A stretch of DNA of 64,000 bases from Felis catus (taxonomy: Eukaryota), in assembly GCF_018350175.1 (NCBI RefSeq), contig NC_058368.1, forward strand, positions 125,180,001 to 125,244,000. Reading direction: 5' to 3'. Shown here one piece after another: positions 13,700 to 28,051 of this stretch (positions within the stretch are counted from its first letter, which is position 1; every line of letters begins with the position of its first letter). Under the pieces are notes generated by a model. That model was not told the origin of the DNA and searched no databases. It saw nothing but the letters and a program-made list of their open reading frames with translations. Both the position numbers and the translations under genes were made by a program.

Positions 13700-15330
13700 T
13701 CTAAGTTTTATGGCTCTAAATTAATTTTCTCCAGATTATCGACTAGTTGTCTAAGCATTCATAAAATCATGCTTCCCTCTGCCTTTATTTTGTAGTGTCT
13801 CTTTTATTACACAGTAAATTATTGCATGTATAAAGTTCTATTTCTGAGGTTTCTGTGCAGTTCCATGAATCTATTTTGTGCCCTTTTATAAATGCTTGTT
13901 GCATCACAATGTGATATCCTATTTTGAAAGCTACTGTCTCTTTCTTTGCTCTTCTCATTCAGGCTATTCTTTGATAGCTTAACCTGCTTAGTAAACTTTA
14001 TATTTAATGAGCTTTCTATCACTTTTATGTAGTTCAACGAAAACTCCTATTGGCGTTTTCATTGGGAAGGTATTAATTTATAAATTGACTTGGAAAGAAC
14101 ATACTTATGGTATTTGTTTTGTTTTCCTTTGTTTTCTTTAAGTTGTCATCTTCAAATATCTAGTAATGTCAGTGTTCCTTAAGTCTATTTTATACCATCT
14201 TCATTGCAATTATCTATTATTTTTACCAAAATATTTTCAAGGCGGTTAATACTGCATAAGTGTATGGTTTTTATCATTTATTTATTACTTTTCATATTAG
14301 ACTTCACTTGTGGAAGTTTTAGTTCATCATACTTCTTAATTTATACATATACATGTGTATATATTTCTTCTACCTGCATAGAATTCCACATCCCCCACAT
14401 TTTACATACCCATCCCTAACATGTCTCTGGCTCACTATTTCCAGAAACACTGGAATGCGTATTACTGTAGAATTCTTCAGATCCATTCAAGAATTTCTCT
14501 GGTATATGTATACCTTGAGATAATGGAGTCTGAGGCACACACTAACTCATCTTCACTGAATTCTGCCAGATTGCTTTTCAGAATACCTGTATCAGTTTAT
14601 ACTATTTCCCCATATTCTTGCCAAACTGATGTGTACCATCTTTCCTAATTTTTGCCAATCTGACAGATGTAAAATTGTGTATCATTTTGCTTTTTTATTT
14701 ATCTGCTTACTGGTGATGTTGAGTAGCTCTTCATTATTTGTTACCTCTCTGCTCTTTCCTTACTTCAAATCTCTTATTCATATACTTTACCTAGTTTTCT
14801 ATTCAGTGTCTAATTTTATTTCTAGTTATTTGCAGGAGCTCTTTGTATATTCTAGTTTAAGCGTCCTGTAAATGTTAGTCATTGCTAATATCTTGTCCTA
14901 GCCAGTCAGCTGTCATCTAAGTTTGTACTTTATTGAACAGAAATCCTTAAATTTTATGCAGTCGGAATTATCATTTTTCATCTCATGTTTGTATTTTTGG
15001 GCCTTGCTTAATAAGCTGTCCCCCTGGTTCATAAAGATAGTCTCTGTATTTTCTATTACATTAGTAGGTTGTAAAATCCATTTTGAATCCCCTTTGCATA
15101 TGGTAACAATGCAGTATCCAACTTGATTTTTCCCTGTATAATAGCCAGTTTTCTCATGCTGCATAGGAAATAATCCTTTCTATATTGTTTTGTGGTGCTG
15201 CCTTTATCAAATATCAAATTTCCACATATTTCTAAGCTCTCTATTCTGTTCCACTGGTCTGTCTGTCTTCCTACATGACTTCTATACTATTGTTACTATT
15301 ATGACTTTGCATAAAAATGACTGATTACAT
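13700..15330 (-). mobile_element. Ancient L1ME-like fragments
   Basis: T-rich, degenerate antisense L1 motifs (CCAGATTGCTTTTCAGAA, CTCTATTCTGTTCCACTGGTCT). Confidence 0.5.
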
Positions 15331-16575
15331 TTATGCTATACTTGGCCAATTTTTTAATAGATTTTCAGTGAAGTTATAATACCATTACATTTTCTTTTCC
15401 CTTTTTGCAGTTGGTACAATTTGTCTTATTGGAAGAAGCACATAATGATTGGTGTGACTCTCTTAATAGTGATAGCAATAACTTTTATTTAATCACATTT
15501 GTTTCCCCCAAGAATGGAAATATTTTTAATTACACCAGAGGGTCTTCAAGTCCATATCAAGCAGCTAGGATGTTTATTCAAATTCTTTTCACACAAACTT
15601 TTCAGTTTTTGGGATTTCTTTCATACTCCTTGAGGCCCCATATTCTTCAGGAATATGGGTGAGCTTTATCAGCTCCCCTAGTAATTGCATAGAGTTGGTT
15701 GGCTATCTTACCTACCAGACTCATTTTTCTGGAGGTGGGGGAGGACTCATTTCTATACTCCCACTGACTTGATTTATTTTGCTGTTGTTTTTTAATTTTT
15801 TAATGTTTATTTAATATTTTTGAGAGAGAGACAGAGACAGAGACAGAGTGTGAACAGGGGAGGGGCAGTGAGAGAGAGGGAGACACAGAATCGAAAGCAA
15901 GCTCCAGGCTGTGAACTGTCAGCACAGAGCCCAATATGGGGCTGAATCCATGAACCATGATATCATGACCTGAGCCGAAGTTTTATGTTTAACCAACTGA
16001 CCCACCCAGGCACCCCTGACTTATTTTGGATAAAATTTTTAGTATGCCTATTACCTACTAACTGAATTCCTCTAGGTTTTGGGTTGCCAGACTGCCATGC
16101 CATGTTCCTGCAGATACTTGTTCTGCAAACATTAATCTCTTCCCTAGGATGTGTTACTTCTGTACCACTTTGTCTTATTCCAGGTAGCTTCCTGCTAAAT
16201 CTCCCTCACTTTTCCTGCCTTGTGCAAAGAAGAAGTAGAAAATGAAATTTACACCCAGAATGTCCTTAGCAGGAGAATGGAACATGGCAAAAAGTTTTTT
16301 TGTTCTGCTGAACATTTGGATAGGTTGGGATATGCAAAGTGTGTCTGGACTTTAGCTTGGAAGCAGACACCAGTGAGAACTGCTGTGCTCTGCATAAAGA
16401 ACAAGAATTTGCATTGGGGGCTAGAGTCCAGGAAGGAGAAGGTGCTAATGAGATAAGAGACCCAGGAGAGAGGAAGAGAAACAAGCTAGCTAGTGTATGG
16501 CTGAACCTCTATATGGGTGGGAACGGAGTAGACTGATACCTGAGAAAAGGACTTTTAAGAAGTGCCCAGTTTTCA

Positions 16576-17190
16576 GGGCGCCTGGGTGACTCAGTTGGTT
16601 AAGCATCCAACTCTTAATTTCAACTCAGGTCATGATCTCATGGTTCATGAAATCAAGCACCGCAACGGGCTCTGCACTGACAGTGGAGAATCTGCTTGGG
16701 ATTCTCTCCTTTCTCTGTCTCTGTCCCTCCCCTGCTCGTGTGCTGTCTCTCAAAATAAATAAATAAACCTTTAAAAAATAAAAAAAATAGGGCACCTGGG
16801 TGGTTGCGTCAGTTAAGCATCTGACTTCAGCTCAGGTCATGATCTTGCTGTTCCCAAGTTCAAGCCCTGCATCAGGCTCTGTGCTGACAGCTCAGAGCCT
16901 GGAGCCTGTTTCAGAATCTGTGTCTCCCTCTCTCTCTACCTCTCCCCCACTCATGCTCTGTTTTTCTCTCTCAAAAATAAATAAACATTAAAAATTTTTC
17001 ATAAAAAAATAAAATAAAAAATAGAATAATATATTTAAAAAAAAGAAGAAGAAAAAGTGACCAGTTTTTGGGACACCTGGCTGGCTCAGTTGGTGGAGCA
17101 TGTGACTCTTGATCTCAGGGTTGTAAGTTCAAGCCCCAACTTGGGATACAGCTTACTTAAAATTAATTAATTAATTAAAAAAATAAAATT
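16576..17190 (+). mobile_element. Cluster of three head-to-tail Can-SINEs
   Basis: SINE heads at ~16576, ~16790 and ~17069. Confidence 0.88.
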
Positions 17191-19509
17191 GAGCTTTGTT
17201 GAAGCATTAGTGTAGCCATTAAAAAAAAAGAAGTTCTCAATCTTAAAATGGAATGAGTTCACACTGTTGAGCTATAAGTATTCATACCCCAGTTGTCTCC
17301 CAAATTTTCACTAAATTCTGATAAAAACAAAAGTGTTTCATGCTATCAGATACACACATCTGTGTGTGTTGAGGGGATAGGGGGTGGTGGTGTTATGAGC
17401 ATGTATCAGTTGAGAAAGGGAATGGAAATGACCAAGTGATTCACATGGTGCCGAATGGGACAACCTGGGTAAGAAATAGTGAGACAATCCATGAGCTGAC
17501 CATGTTCAGTAGAAGCAGGAACTCAGAGCCAGAAGTCATAATAATAACAAGGAGAAGGAGGTGTAAGGAAAAGAGAAAAGGAAAAAGAATGAAGATGGAG
17601 AAATAATTACCACTTGTAAAATGTGCCAGAATTTGTTCTAAATGCTATGCTTTAGATATATGATGGTGACCATAAGAACATAATACCCAACACCTGCCTG
17701 TCTCTCCCAGCGATGCACAGAAACTTTAGGGAAGGTTCCCATAGTAAGTAGTGAGCATTCAAGCCAATCCTGTTTGATCTCATAACATACGAGACCTCAG
17801 CTAACATCTGGAGAGAGTTTAAGCATTAGCCCTTACTCCCCAAAATACTTCAAAGGCAGCATAAGTCCTGACACAGTGGTATATCACAACTTCCTTCGGG
17901 CTTCTAGCCCTGTAAGGGCCCCTTAACTCATTATTAGAACAAGCTTTTGTTGCGATTTTGTTGTGTATCGTAAGACCACAAATATTTTAAACGGAAAGAT
18001 ATTTCTGAAAAATAGAAAAAACTTGCCAGCCAACAGTTCCTTTTATGGATCTTGATCTTGCATCTGTCTCTCTCTTGTGTCTGACTTTGACACATGACAG
18101 CAACTTTCTGCTTTTTCTTAATCTCACTCTAGGGTACCTTAGCTGGTTCTTAACTTCCTCTACTAACTCTATTCCTTGTCTAGTCAAGTTTGAGCTCAGC
18201 AGGCCCCAAAGTAGTCCTATATGTCTCTGGGAATTTCCACAATGGACAAAAAACACTTTCATAATCACTCTTAAAGGTCTCAGCTGGGTCTCTCCATAGT
18301 AGTTAAGGCAGCTCTTGGCTGCCCTCTTCTGGGATCAGGTCCCTAAGCCACTCACTACTACTGACCAGCAACCCTGTAAGTCCCAGCTTCCCTTTGAGCT
18401 GGGATAGGTGAGGTAATCACAGCTGTAAGTCTGTGACTCTCTTCTGTTTCCAAAGAATCTTAGCAATGTTGTTTTATATATATACTTGTTTTTTTAATTT
18501 CTTAAATGTGGTAGCTCTTTTATCAACAAGGAAGATTTCGTGGAAGAAAAAACAAAGAAATGCTGAGGCCTCTCAGATAGTAAAGCATTAATGAATTCAA
18601 TAAAAATAGATAACAATGGAGTACCTGGGTGGCTCAGTCCCTTAAGTGTCTGATCAGCTCAGGTCATGATCTCACCATCCTGACTTGGAGCCCTGCACTG
18701 GGGTTCCACACTGAGTGGGGAGCCTGCTTGGGATTCTGTCTCACCCTCTTGTCTGCCCCCTCCCCCACTGGCACTTTTCCTCTCTCTCTCAAAATAAATA
18801 AATAAACATTTTTTTAAAGAAGAAAAAATAGATAACCTTATCTTGCACTATCTGTTAAATTATCTTTTCCATCTAGGTTGGACATAATAGCCATTAATAA
18901 ATATCTCAAAGTTAAAAAAAAAATCATCCCTTGGGGCACCTTAGTGGCTCAGTTGGTTAAGCATCTGACTTCGGCTCAGGTCATGATCTCACAGTTCATG
19001 AGTTTGAGCCCTGTGTCGGGCTCTGCGCTGACAGCACAGAGCCTGCTTGGGATTCTCTGTCTCCCTTTCTCTCTAACCCTCCCCTGCGTGTGTGTGCTCT
19101 CTCTCTCAAAATAAATAAACTTAAAAAAATTCTAAAAACAGTTAATCTCTTACACTATTCTGAGACAGCTAATTTTTAAAGATTAAATTGAAATATACAG
19201 AGTAAGGGAATATGCTTTATGTTCCTAAAGTTCCCATTTTCCAGTTTGCCCCATGAATTATCTAAGAACACACATTCCCTCAACACACACATGCATAGAC
19301 ACAAGTACCCATATCTTTTCTTTGAAATATTACTAGAATTAAATTGCTTAGGACCTTCAGACTTTCAATTGTTTCTATATTCTGGCTATGAACACAGTTT
19401 GTTCCTAAATTAAGAGCTCTCTTCTCAATTATATGGAAATGATTATGAGGAAGCAATGGGGCAAAATAAAAAGAAAAAAGGAGGAAGCGAGAAAACAAAA
19501 GATTAGCAT

Positions 19510-20070
19510 ACACTGCTAATGGAAGTGTGAAAATATATAATTACTTTGCCAAACTGTGGCAATTTCTACTAAACTATATGCCACTCTATAACCCACCATT
19601 TCCAATCTTAAGTATTTATCCAAAAGAAATAAAAACAAATGTCCACATAAAAACCTGTATAAGAGTGTTCACAGTAGCTTAATTTATAATAGCTCCAAAG
19701 TAGAAACAACTCAAATATCCATTAACACTTGAATGAATAAATTTGGATATATTCATCTAATAGAATACCAGCAACAGTATAGATGAATCTCAGAAACATG
19801 ATGTAAGGCAGACATAAAAGAATACACACTCTTTGACTCCATTTTTAAGAAGTCCTAGGATAGCAGAAATCAGAATAATGGCAACGCCTGGTGGGGGGCT
19901 GGTGGTTACTGATTGGGAATGGGTACAAGAGAACTTACAGTGGTGAAAGCAATATTCCATATCATGCCTAGGTAGTGGTTAATGGGTGTATACATAGGTA
20001 AAAAGTCATTGAGCTACCCACTTAAGATTTGTGCATTGCTAAATGTCAATTATATATCAGTTTAAATGAA
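19510..20070 (+). mobile_element. Old L1M 3' fragment
   Basis: GTATTTATCCAAAAGAAATAAAAACAAATGTCCAC...GATGAATCTCAGAAACAT, an L1MB/ME-like 3' end. Confidence 0.6.
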
Positions 20071-20561
20071 AGAGAATGGATAAAGAGAAGGAAATCAGAA
20101 AATCAAACAGTGACAGGGCTAGGGAAGAGAGCTTCCAGTTAGAGAATGTCTAACTGCAACCCATAATGTCATTAAATATCCCATCTAATTTAATAGCAAA
20201 ATAATTTTGGGGATACCTGGGTGGCTCAGTTGGTTAAGCGCCTGACTTGGGCTTAGGTCATGATCTCATGGCTGTTGAGTTGAAGCCCCACATCGGGCTC
20301 TCTGCTGTCAGCACAGATCCCACTTTAGATCCTTTGTCCCCCTCTTTCTCTGCCCCTCCCCTGCTTGCACTCTCTCTGTGTCTCAAAATAAATATACTAA
20401 AAAAAAATAGAATAACTTAAAAAAAATTATTTTAGGGGCACCTGGGTGGCTCAATTGGTTGAACATCTAAGTCTTGATTTCAGCTTGGGCATGATCTCAC
20501 AGTTATGGGATCAAGCCCCTTGTTGGGCTTTGTGCTGATCTGAGCATGGAGCCTGTTGTGG

Positions 20562-20604
<43 letters not shown>

Positions 20605-20778
20605 TCTCCCCTGCTTGCATGCACGCACACATGCACACTCTCTTTCACAAAATAAACTTTAACAAAATTTTTTATTTTAATTGCAAATTAGGTCCCAATA
20701 TTACAATAATTTTCCAGGCTCTGTCTTTGCTCAGGACCTGGTAAACATACTGAGAGGGTTGAATTTTGGCCCTGGGAC

Positions 20779-21587
20779 CAAGGTGGACTTCAGGGATACA
20801 CAACTTAAGAAAGTAACGCAGGGCTCCCTGTTCAGAAATGTCCTGTATGTAGTTAATGTTCTGCTGTCACTCTCTTAAAACTGTTAAAAATTCTATGTTT
20901 GAACTTCTGTTTTGCAAGTGAGCTTCAATGGAACAATGAAGCCAGTGCAGAAACAGACGAGATACACACAATGTGTGTGTCTGCTGTTCCTGTCTGTCCA
21001 TTTGCGCTTATCATTTGTGATGCCCATGGGCACAGAATTTCTCCCGTCTACAATGTCTGGGAGTTCCCTGTGACTCAAACCAAGTACTAGATAGTATAGT
21101 ACATCTATGACTGAGTAAAGTGGGAGGTTCTGACAGTCACCAGGGCCATGTTAATCTTCTTCCACCAGAACTTGTTTCCAAAACAGTAAAAAAAGCACTG
21201 GTGTTCTAAGAAGCACAAACCATCTAGACACCTTGCCATGTCCTTTCTTACCTTTGCTAATCTCTTATAAGAGCCATGTGAACATAATGCCATAAAAGTA
21301 AAGGGAAATAAAGGGCAACTCATTTTTCCCCCTTAAAGTCATTCCTTACTCATCAGAAAGCTGAAAGTAAGATGTAGTGGTACAACGGATGCATGTCAAG
21401 AAGTGAAATAGTCATGCAGCCACCATCTCTTTCTAGTTTCAAGACATTTCTATCGTCCCAGAAGAGACTCTATGCCTGGGGAAGTAGTCATTTGGATCTC
21501 TTATTTACATTTATGCTCTAATTTCTCTTTGGAAAAGAATAAATGAATCTGGGTTTAAATGATAGCATTATTAAATAAATAAATAAA

Positions 21588-21623
<36 letters not shown>

Positions 21624-22252
21624 AATTATAGCATTATAAAAAGGAAGTGAAATAAAAACAGATGAGTTAGTTTTATACAGTGTTTCACGGTTCTGGTAAG
21701 AACAAAGTATATATACGCAAATACAAACTATGAAATATAAATTGTGCAATTTTGGTAACTACACATGTAAGTTAAATGCTCTAAAATTTGCATTTAAAAC
21801 TGACATTGCATACTATATAAATAATGGTAAAATTCATGCTTACTTTTTCTTACTTAGAACAACAAAATACCATGACAAGGCAGGGGAGAGACTGTAGGAG
21901 ATAATGAAAACTTTATATTTTGGTGCCTTTTAGGGGTGCCTGGGTGGCTCAGTCAGTTAAGCGTCCGACTTCAGCTCAGGTCATGATCTCATGGCTTGTG
22001 AGTTCAAGCCCCATGTCGGGCTCTGTGCTGACAGCTCAGGGCCTGGAGCCTGTTTTGGATTCTGTGTCTCCCTCTCTTTCTGCCCCTCCCCTGATCATGC
22101 TTGCTCTCTCTCTCTCTCAAAATAAATAAATAAATAAATATAAATAAACATTATATTTTAGAGCCTTTAAGGGAGATTTTTCCCTGGTATTTGAACAAGG
22201 GAACTGACTTTTCATTTTATACCAGGTCTAAAAAATCATGTAGCCTTTGTCG
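20779..22252 (+). mobile_element. MER45-family hAT element, interrupted by a SINE and (TAAA)n
   Basis: Degenerate matches to the recalled MER45 5' end (CAGGGCTCCCTGTTCAGAA...TGCTGTCAC) and 3' end (TTTGAACAAGGG...TTTCATTTT...ATGTAGCC). Confidence 0.5.
21572..21625. repeat. (TAAA)n tetranucleotide repeat
   Basis: Read directly. Similar arrays lie at 25769-25834 and 36431-36474. Confidence 0.9.
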
Positions 22253-22839
22253 CCTAGAACTGAAGCTTTCAAAAATAGATGTATTGTGGGAAGAACAGAG
22301 AAATGAGAAAAATAAGGAGATGGGGTGCGCACCTAAGAGTCCCTCTTAACCTCCTAGACTGAGGGTCCCTACTGCCAAAAAAGCTTATTCTAAGTAGGAG
22401 AGTCAGAGAGCATAGTCAGATTTGAGGTAGGAAAGGTCAGCAGAGCAGTTTGATTTTGAGGGTTGTCCTGTGTGCTGTTTCTTTCAGTACCATCTGACCC
22501 AGGCTTACCAAGATATCTCCAAGTGGGACACTCACAGAAATTAAAACAGCAGTTCAGAAAAGTCTCACAACACGAGGACTGTTGTAAATGGTGGGAGGCC
22601 TGATCTAAGGTTTGAGGTCTGATACCACTGACACCACAGGTGGAGCATGGGGTTGGGTGGATCTTTTTCCGTCCTAGAGTGGGGTGTTACTTGCTAGGTC
22701 TTCCAGGGTGTTGGTGAGAAGGGTAACTTCAGTATGCAGTCTACAACAGGGCCTGAAGTCAGCTCATTTCACTGAGAGCCTCAGGGTCATCAAAAGCTGA
22801 GGGGACCCAGCTATCCAGACTTGGAGATGAAATCTAATA

Positions 22840-23355
22840 GGCACAGAAGTTTTTAAAACATGGTCCCAAATGCTTTGGTGCTTCTCCCATTGAGAGGCAG
22901 AGTATATGTCCCCTCCCCCGAATCTGGGCTCTGTGTTTGACCAATAGAATATAGCAGAAGTGATGCCATGACAGGTTCTAGCTCCAGGCCTTAAAACACT
23001 GGCAGACTCCACTTCCTGTCCCTTTTGGTTGCTGGCCCTTGAAACCCATCCATTATGGCCCGAGAAACTTGAAGCAGATTGTGAAAATACCTACACACAA
23101 AGGAATCATGTCCCTCTCCCCCGTTTTCATACCTGGCTGAGTTCTCAGTATCAGTCACCACCAACTAACCAGCAATGAAGGTGAGCTAAATGGGAAGTGG
23201 ATCTTGCTGCTTCACTTGACACTGATGGATCAGAGATGAGCTCCCTTGCTGAACCCCATTCAGTATTACAGACCTGGGAGCTAAATAGATTATTGTTGTT
23301 GAAATAGATTATGAGTTTTGGCATTTTTTTTAAGACGCAATATATAACTGATACA
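22840..23355 (+). mobile_element. MLT1-type MaLR LTR
   Basis: Contains GACCAATAGAATATAGCAGAAGTGATG and ends TAACTGATACA. Confidence 0.6.
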
Positions 23356-25428
23356 CTTCTTAGGTTCTACTGGGAGAAAGGTGGACCTGATTTAGAACTT
23401 GAGGTTCTAGCATTTTTACCTGTGGGAGGTCCAGAGAAGATAGAGGTTAAACACATAGACCCTGGAGTTAGGCTGTCTTGGTTAATATTCCCAGTGACAC
23501 CACCTAACAGTTGTGTAACTGTAAGCAAGCCACTTATACTTGCTGTATCAGTTTCCTTTTCCATAACAGAACAATAATGAAATGATATCCTGTGACATTG
23601 TTGTCAAGGTTAAATGAGTACTTGAGTATTTGACACAGAGAAGCTCCATCATTATTTCCAGAGCAAGTGCATCTTCATCCTTTTAAATTATTCCTCACCT
23701 GTGATTTTTACTCTCTCTAGAGCTTGAGAAAAAACTGTCTCACGTTTTACACATTTAGTAATGACCTCTCTTTTGGGATTCCACCACCAGTCTGCCTCTT
23801 TACATTCTATAAGAGAATGTTTTAGTTTATTCATAATCAGAATGAAAAAAAAATCAGCAGTGCAAAGAGATGAAGCTCATGCTGAAAACCCACAAATTGG
23901 ATTTGAAGCTGTCATGTAGGTATTTAATGTCATGCATCCGTCTTACAACATATAATAATTTTGTATTACTTTGTTAGTTATAAACATTATAGATGAGGTC
24001 TAGGTTATAGGAACACAGGTATTATGTTTTTCTCAGCACTTGTCTGTACTTTTAACATCTCTTGAAGTTAAAAAAGAAAAAAACCCAGATGTTTATTATT
24101 CAAAGTATGGAAAATACAAAATGGTAAGACAATCACCCATAATTTAACAGCCTGGAAGTAATTTTTCTGAAAATGTCACTACTATGTCTTAGCAAAGGGA
24201 AAATTAACCAATCTTCTAGAGATTTCATAAAGGTTAAGGAGGTGGCATCTGAAAGCAGAGGAAGTATTGCTCTTGAGAACACGTGTTATCAGGCCCTTCA
24301 AAATAAGCTGGGGGGCATAAAGAGGTACTTGACACAGAGGCAGACAGAGGGTAACATCTTAAGACAATCAGAATATTACAACACAATGGTAGTAATTTAT
24401 GTAAATAAAATTTTTAATTCCATATGAACATGTTTCATAACTTTGCTATTCTAATTAGCAGGACCATTCACATTATATACTGAGAGTGGATTCTCATAAA
24501 ACAATTTTACTTTTCCTTTGGGTCTACAGGCAGCAGAATTCTTTTTGTAAATTTATTTCTTCACCCAACTTTTAAGTAATAAAGTTATCTCTACTGTATC
24601 AGTTGTAGATATAGTAGAATTTCTGCCAGTTTGTTTATTTCTACTGACACAGGTAGACTTCTTAGGTGATTAAAATTTTGCTCCTGGCTCTTTCTACATA
24701 GATCCAGTGGCATGGAGATTTCACCTGGAGGAAGGGGGTCTCAGACCATGGTTTGAGGCTGCTGAAAGTGAGGCAGGAACCCCACAAATGCAGAGGCTCC
24801 CTTCCAGCCCCGCCCAGTGTTTGCTCACAGAGACTGTCCTAATACAGGAAGGACACAGTTTGTGGTTTTTTGCTTTAAAATATGACACCATTTTCCCTTT
24901 CCCCAAACTGCATCCCCTAGAGACTAGACTCAGCTGGATTGGGGTTCCTCTGCTCATTGGTAAAAACTCTTTGATTTAGCACTCTATCTTGGGTCTCTTA
25001 TTTTTTCTCCTTAAAGATGTAGGCTCATACAGAAAGTTGTTTTGGCAAGTGAGAGAGGCAAGGACTTTATATAACTCTCAATTACCTCAGTAAGGTAGAA
25101 ACTGAGTTTTTCAGGGGAGTGATGGATTGGTTAGAAGACCTGAAGAAAGACTTAAGGGACCATTGCTTAGGGAATTAGGAGAAACTGGTCGCAGGAAAAC
25201 ACACAGATCCATGAGAACTGAAAATGGACACTTGTGAACTTTCAAAAGGGATTTAGTAATGTTCTACAAGAGAGTCCTCAAGCGTAGAGAGATAATCTTC
25301 TGAAACCAAAATTCATATAAAGGAATGGTAGAGAATGTTCATTTATAACGATGAGTATATAAATGAAAAGGGAGTGGTAGAGCATCCAAAATCCAATTAA
25401 GATTTCTTTTTAGTTGTGTCCACCCAGG

Positions 25429-25780
25429 TATGATAGGAAAAGATACGATTCAATAGGCAGAGGGGAAAGATTAGGACCTGAGGTCCCTGGGTGGGGAAAA
25501 ACAGTATTTTGGAACAATGCTGGGAGCTTCTGACCACAGCAAAGCCCCTTAGGCATAAGGTTCCTCTTAAGATTGTTAACAGATACCACCTACTACCCCT
25601 CAGGCTCCTCTCAGGAATTTGACAAAAGACCTGACTAAAAATAAGTAGTACTCCACTCTAGCCATTTGTCCCAACTTAAGTTTAGAAATTATCAGTTTCA
25701 GTAATTGATGAATTTCTGGTTTTCTCAATAGTTGTTCAAATTGTTAATAAAAGTTTTTTTGTGTGGTTTAAATAAATAGA

Positions 25781-25831
<51 letters not shown>

Positions 25832-26217
25832 ATACTAGACCATAAGACATATGGCCCATCCATAGACCACCCCTCATATAATAGAAAGGAACCAATCAAA
25901 AAGGAATGACTAGGCATTTAGAGTTACCTGGCCAATAAGGGTAGGACCTGAGAATGTACGACCTGAGAAGAAACAAGGGAGAAGGAGGTGGGGGTGAAAT
26001 CAAAACCTTATAAAACAAAATCCTTGCCTATTGTCACTGGCATTCACTTTCGAATGCCCCCTCTCTGTAAAGAGAACTTTCATACTATTCTTACTTTCTG
26101 ATTTTATCTTATACTTGAATAAACTTTTGCCTGCTGTTCATTTTGTGTCCACCTCTTCATTCTTTGAAGCAGTGAGACAACAAACCTTGGGTATTGAGGT
26201 AAAAAAATCCTGCAACA
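25429..26217 (+). mobile_element. ERV1-like solo LTR
   Basis: Ends ...TCCTGCAACA, with a 4-bp TSD CAGG (25425-25428 / 26218-26221). CCAAT boxes at ~25892 and ~25932, TATAAAA at 26009 and AATAAA at 26118 fall in U3-R-U5 order. Confidence 0.7.
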
Positions 26218-28051
26218 CAGGGAGGTAAAAAAAAAAAAAAAAGATTTCCCTTTATTAAGTAATCAGACCTAGTGATTTCCTTAAGTCCTTAGCATTTCTA
26301 AAAGAAAAATAGTGTAAAGAGATTTGTTTTGTCCACGAATTCGCCCCCCCCCCCAGGAAAGACAGGAGGGAGCGGTGGGTGGGAACTGAGGCCTGAGGGA
26401 GAAGTGGGGTTGGTGACCTTCACAGACCTGCCCAGTTCATCAACACTGAATATGGCAGGCCTATCCCCTGAGGGTGCCCTGAAATCTGGGAGGGTGCTTT
26501 TGATTGTTACAAAGATAGCATTTAGTAAATCCAAATTTTGTCAATCTAACTTCTAAAAGATTGACATTAACCATTTCCTATGCCACTCTAATGTACAGTC
26601 AATTTTGTAGAAATACAACTACTGAGTAAACTGGAAGAAAATCATACTTTCATGACAAACTTTTTATCAGGAAACATTCCGAACTGTAGGCACTCAAAGG
26701 AGCTGTAGAAAATGGAAGACTTTTACGGGCAGAAGGGAGCAGGAACCAGGAAGTTAAACAATAAAGGGGGTTGGTTATTGCAAGGTTACTTACTCTTACA
26801 GGATGGCAGGGATCTATCTGGCAGATTACCTAACTAGTCCTGATCAGGTGACTCCCCATTCCTTTAAGATTTCATTTTTGGGAGGGTCAAATTTAATCAA
26901 GTTAAGTTTGCTTGGTGAGGTGGGACTTAGGATAAGTGATACCATTTTGGGCCTGTGTTCTTATTGTTGTTTTTTCCTGTTTTTTGTTTTGTTTCGTTTT
27001 GTTTGTTTTTGAGGGGTTTTTTTTGTTTGTTTTTGTTTTTTAACAGTACAAACATATGACTATCCCATTATGCATTTCACTGAAACTGGAACTAAGCATT
27101 TACACATTGAATTGTGTTTTACTAGAAATTACCGTTTAGGGGGCAACACAAAATATTTGTGATTAACAAAAGGAGAAGGACATAGATAAGTGGAGTTGAG
27201 ACCCAGTGGCCTAGTATAAGCTTTTCAGTTGGGCATCAATAGACTCCTTTCAGAATATGATGGACACCAGAAAACTTCCCATCCATGCATAACCACCCTG
27301 TGCTTTCTTATATGCAAATAGAGTCACTCTTCAGGGGATATTTTGAAGGTGAAGTAACGGAGGAGGATGTGCAAATAGTGTAATAAATAAGCTAGACTTG
27401 GTAGGGTGCAAACAGAAAACAACTCTATTCCTGCTCAGTCTTGGGCATTTAAACCCTCTCTCTAGGATGGTTCTTGTCTTTCTCAGGACAAAATCTCAGG
27501 CATATTCCATAGTATTTTCACCATCACTTTCAGATCATCTATATTCCAAACTGTCACCAATTCAAATTCTCCCTTCCCTCAAACTTTAATCTTTATAGGT
27601 TTTAAACCTTTGGTGGGGAAAGGGGTGTGGTCATTGTCTTCCCTACTACTTTCCTGCCCTGAATTTCATTACCTTCTCTTGTTTCATTGTTTCATTCATT
27701 GTTTAATCTGGTACTGATGCCCTCTAGATTGCATGCATTCCAAATGTTGATTCTCTCCCACACAGCTCTTTTCCAGGGATTTAGTAAACCCTTACCACTT
27801 TGAGAATTTCTTTTTCTTTTTTTAAGTTTATTTATTTTGAGAGAGTGTGTGCACGTGCTGTCAGTGCAGAGCTGGATGTGGGGCTCCATCTTGCAACTGT
27901 GAGATCATGACCTGAGCTGAAATAAAATCAGACGCTCAACTGGCCGAGCCACCAGGATGCCCAACACTTTGAGAATTTCTGACCTTAAGAACTGTATTTG
28001 TGGGCTCCCCCTGGTTCCTCTAGCTGACCAGCCTTCCTTAGCTCCTGGTTT

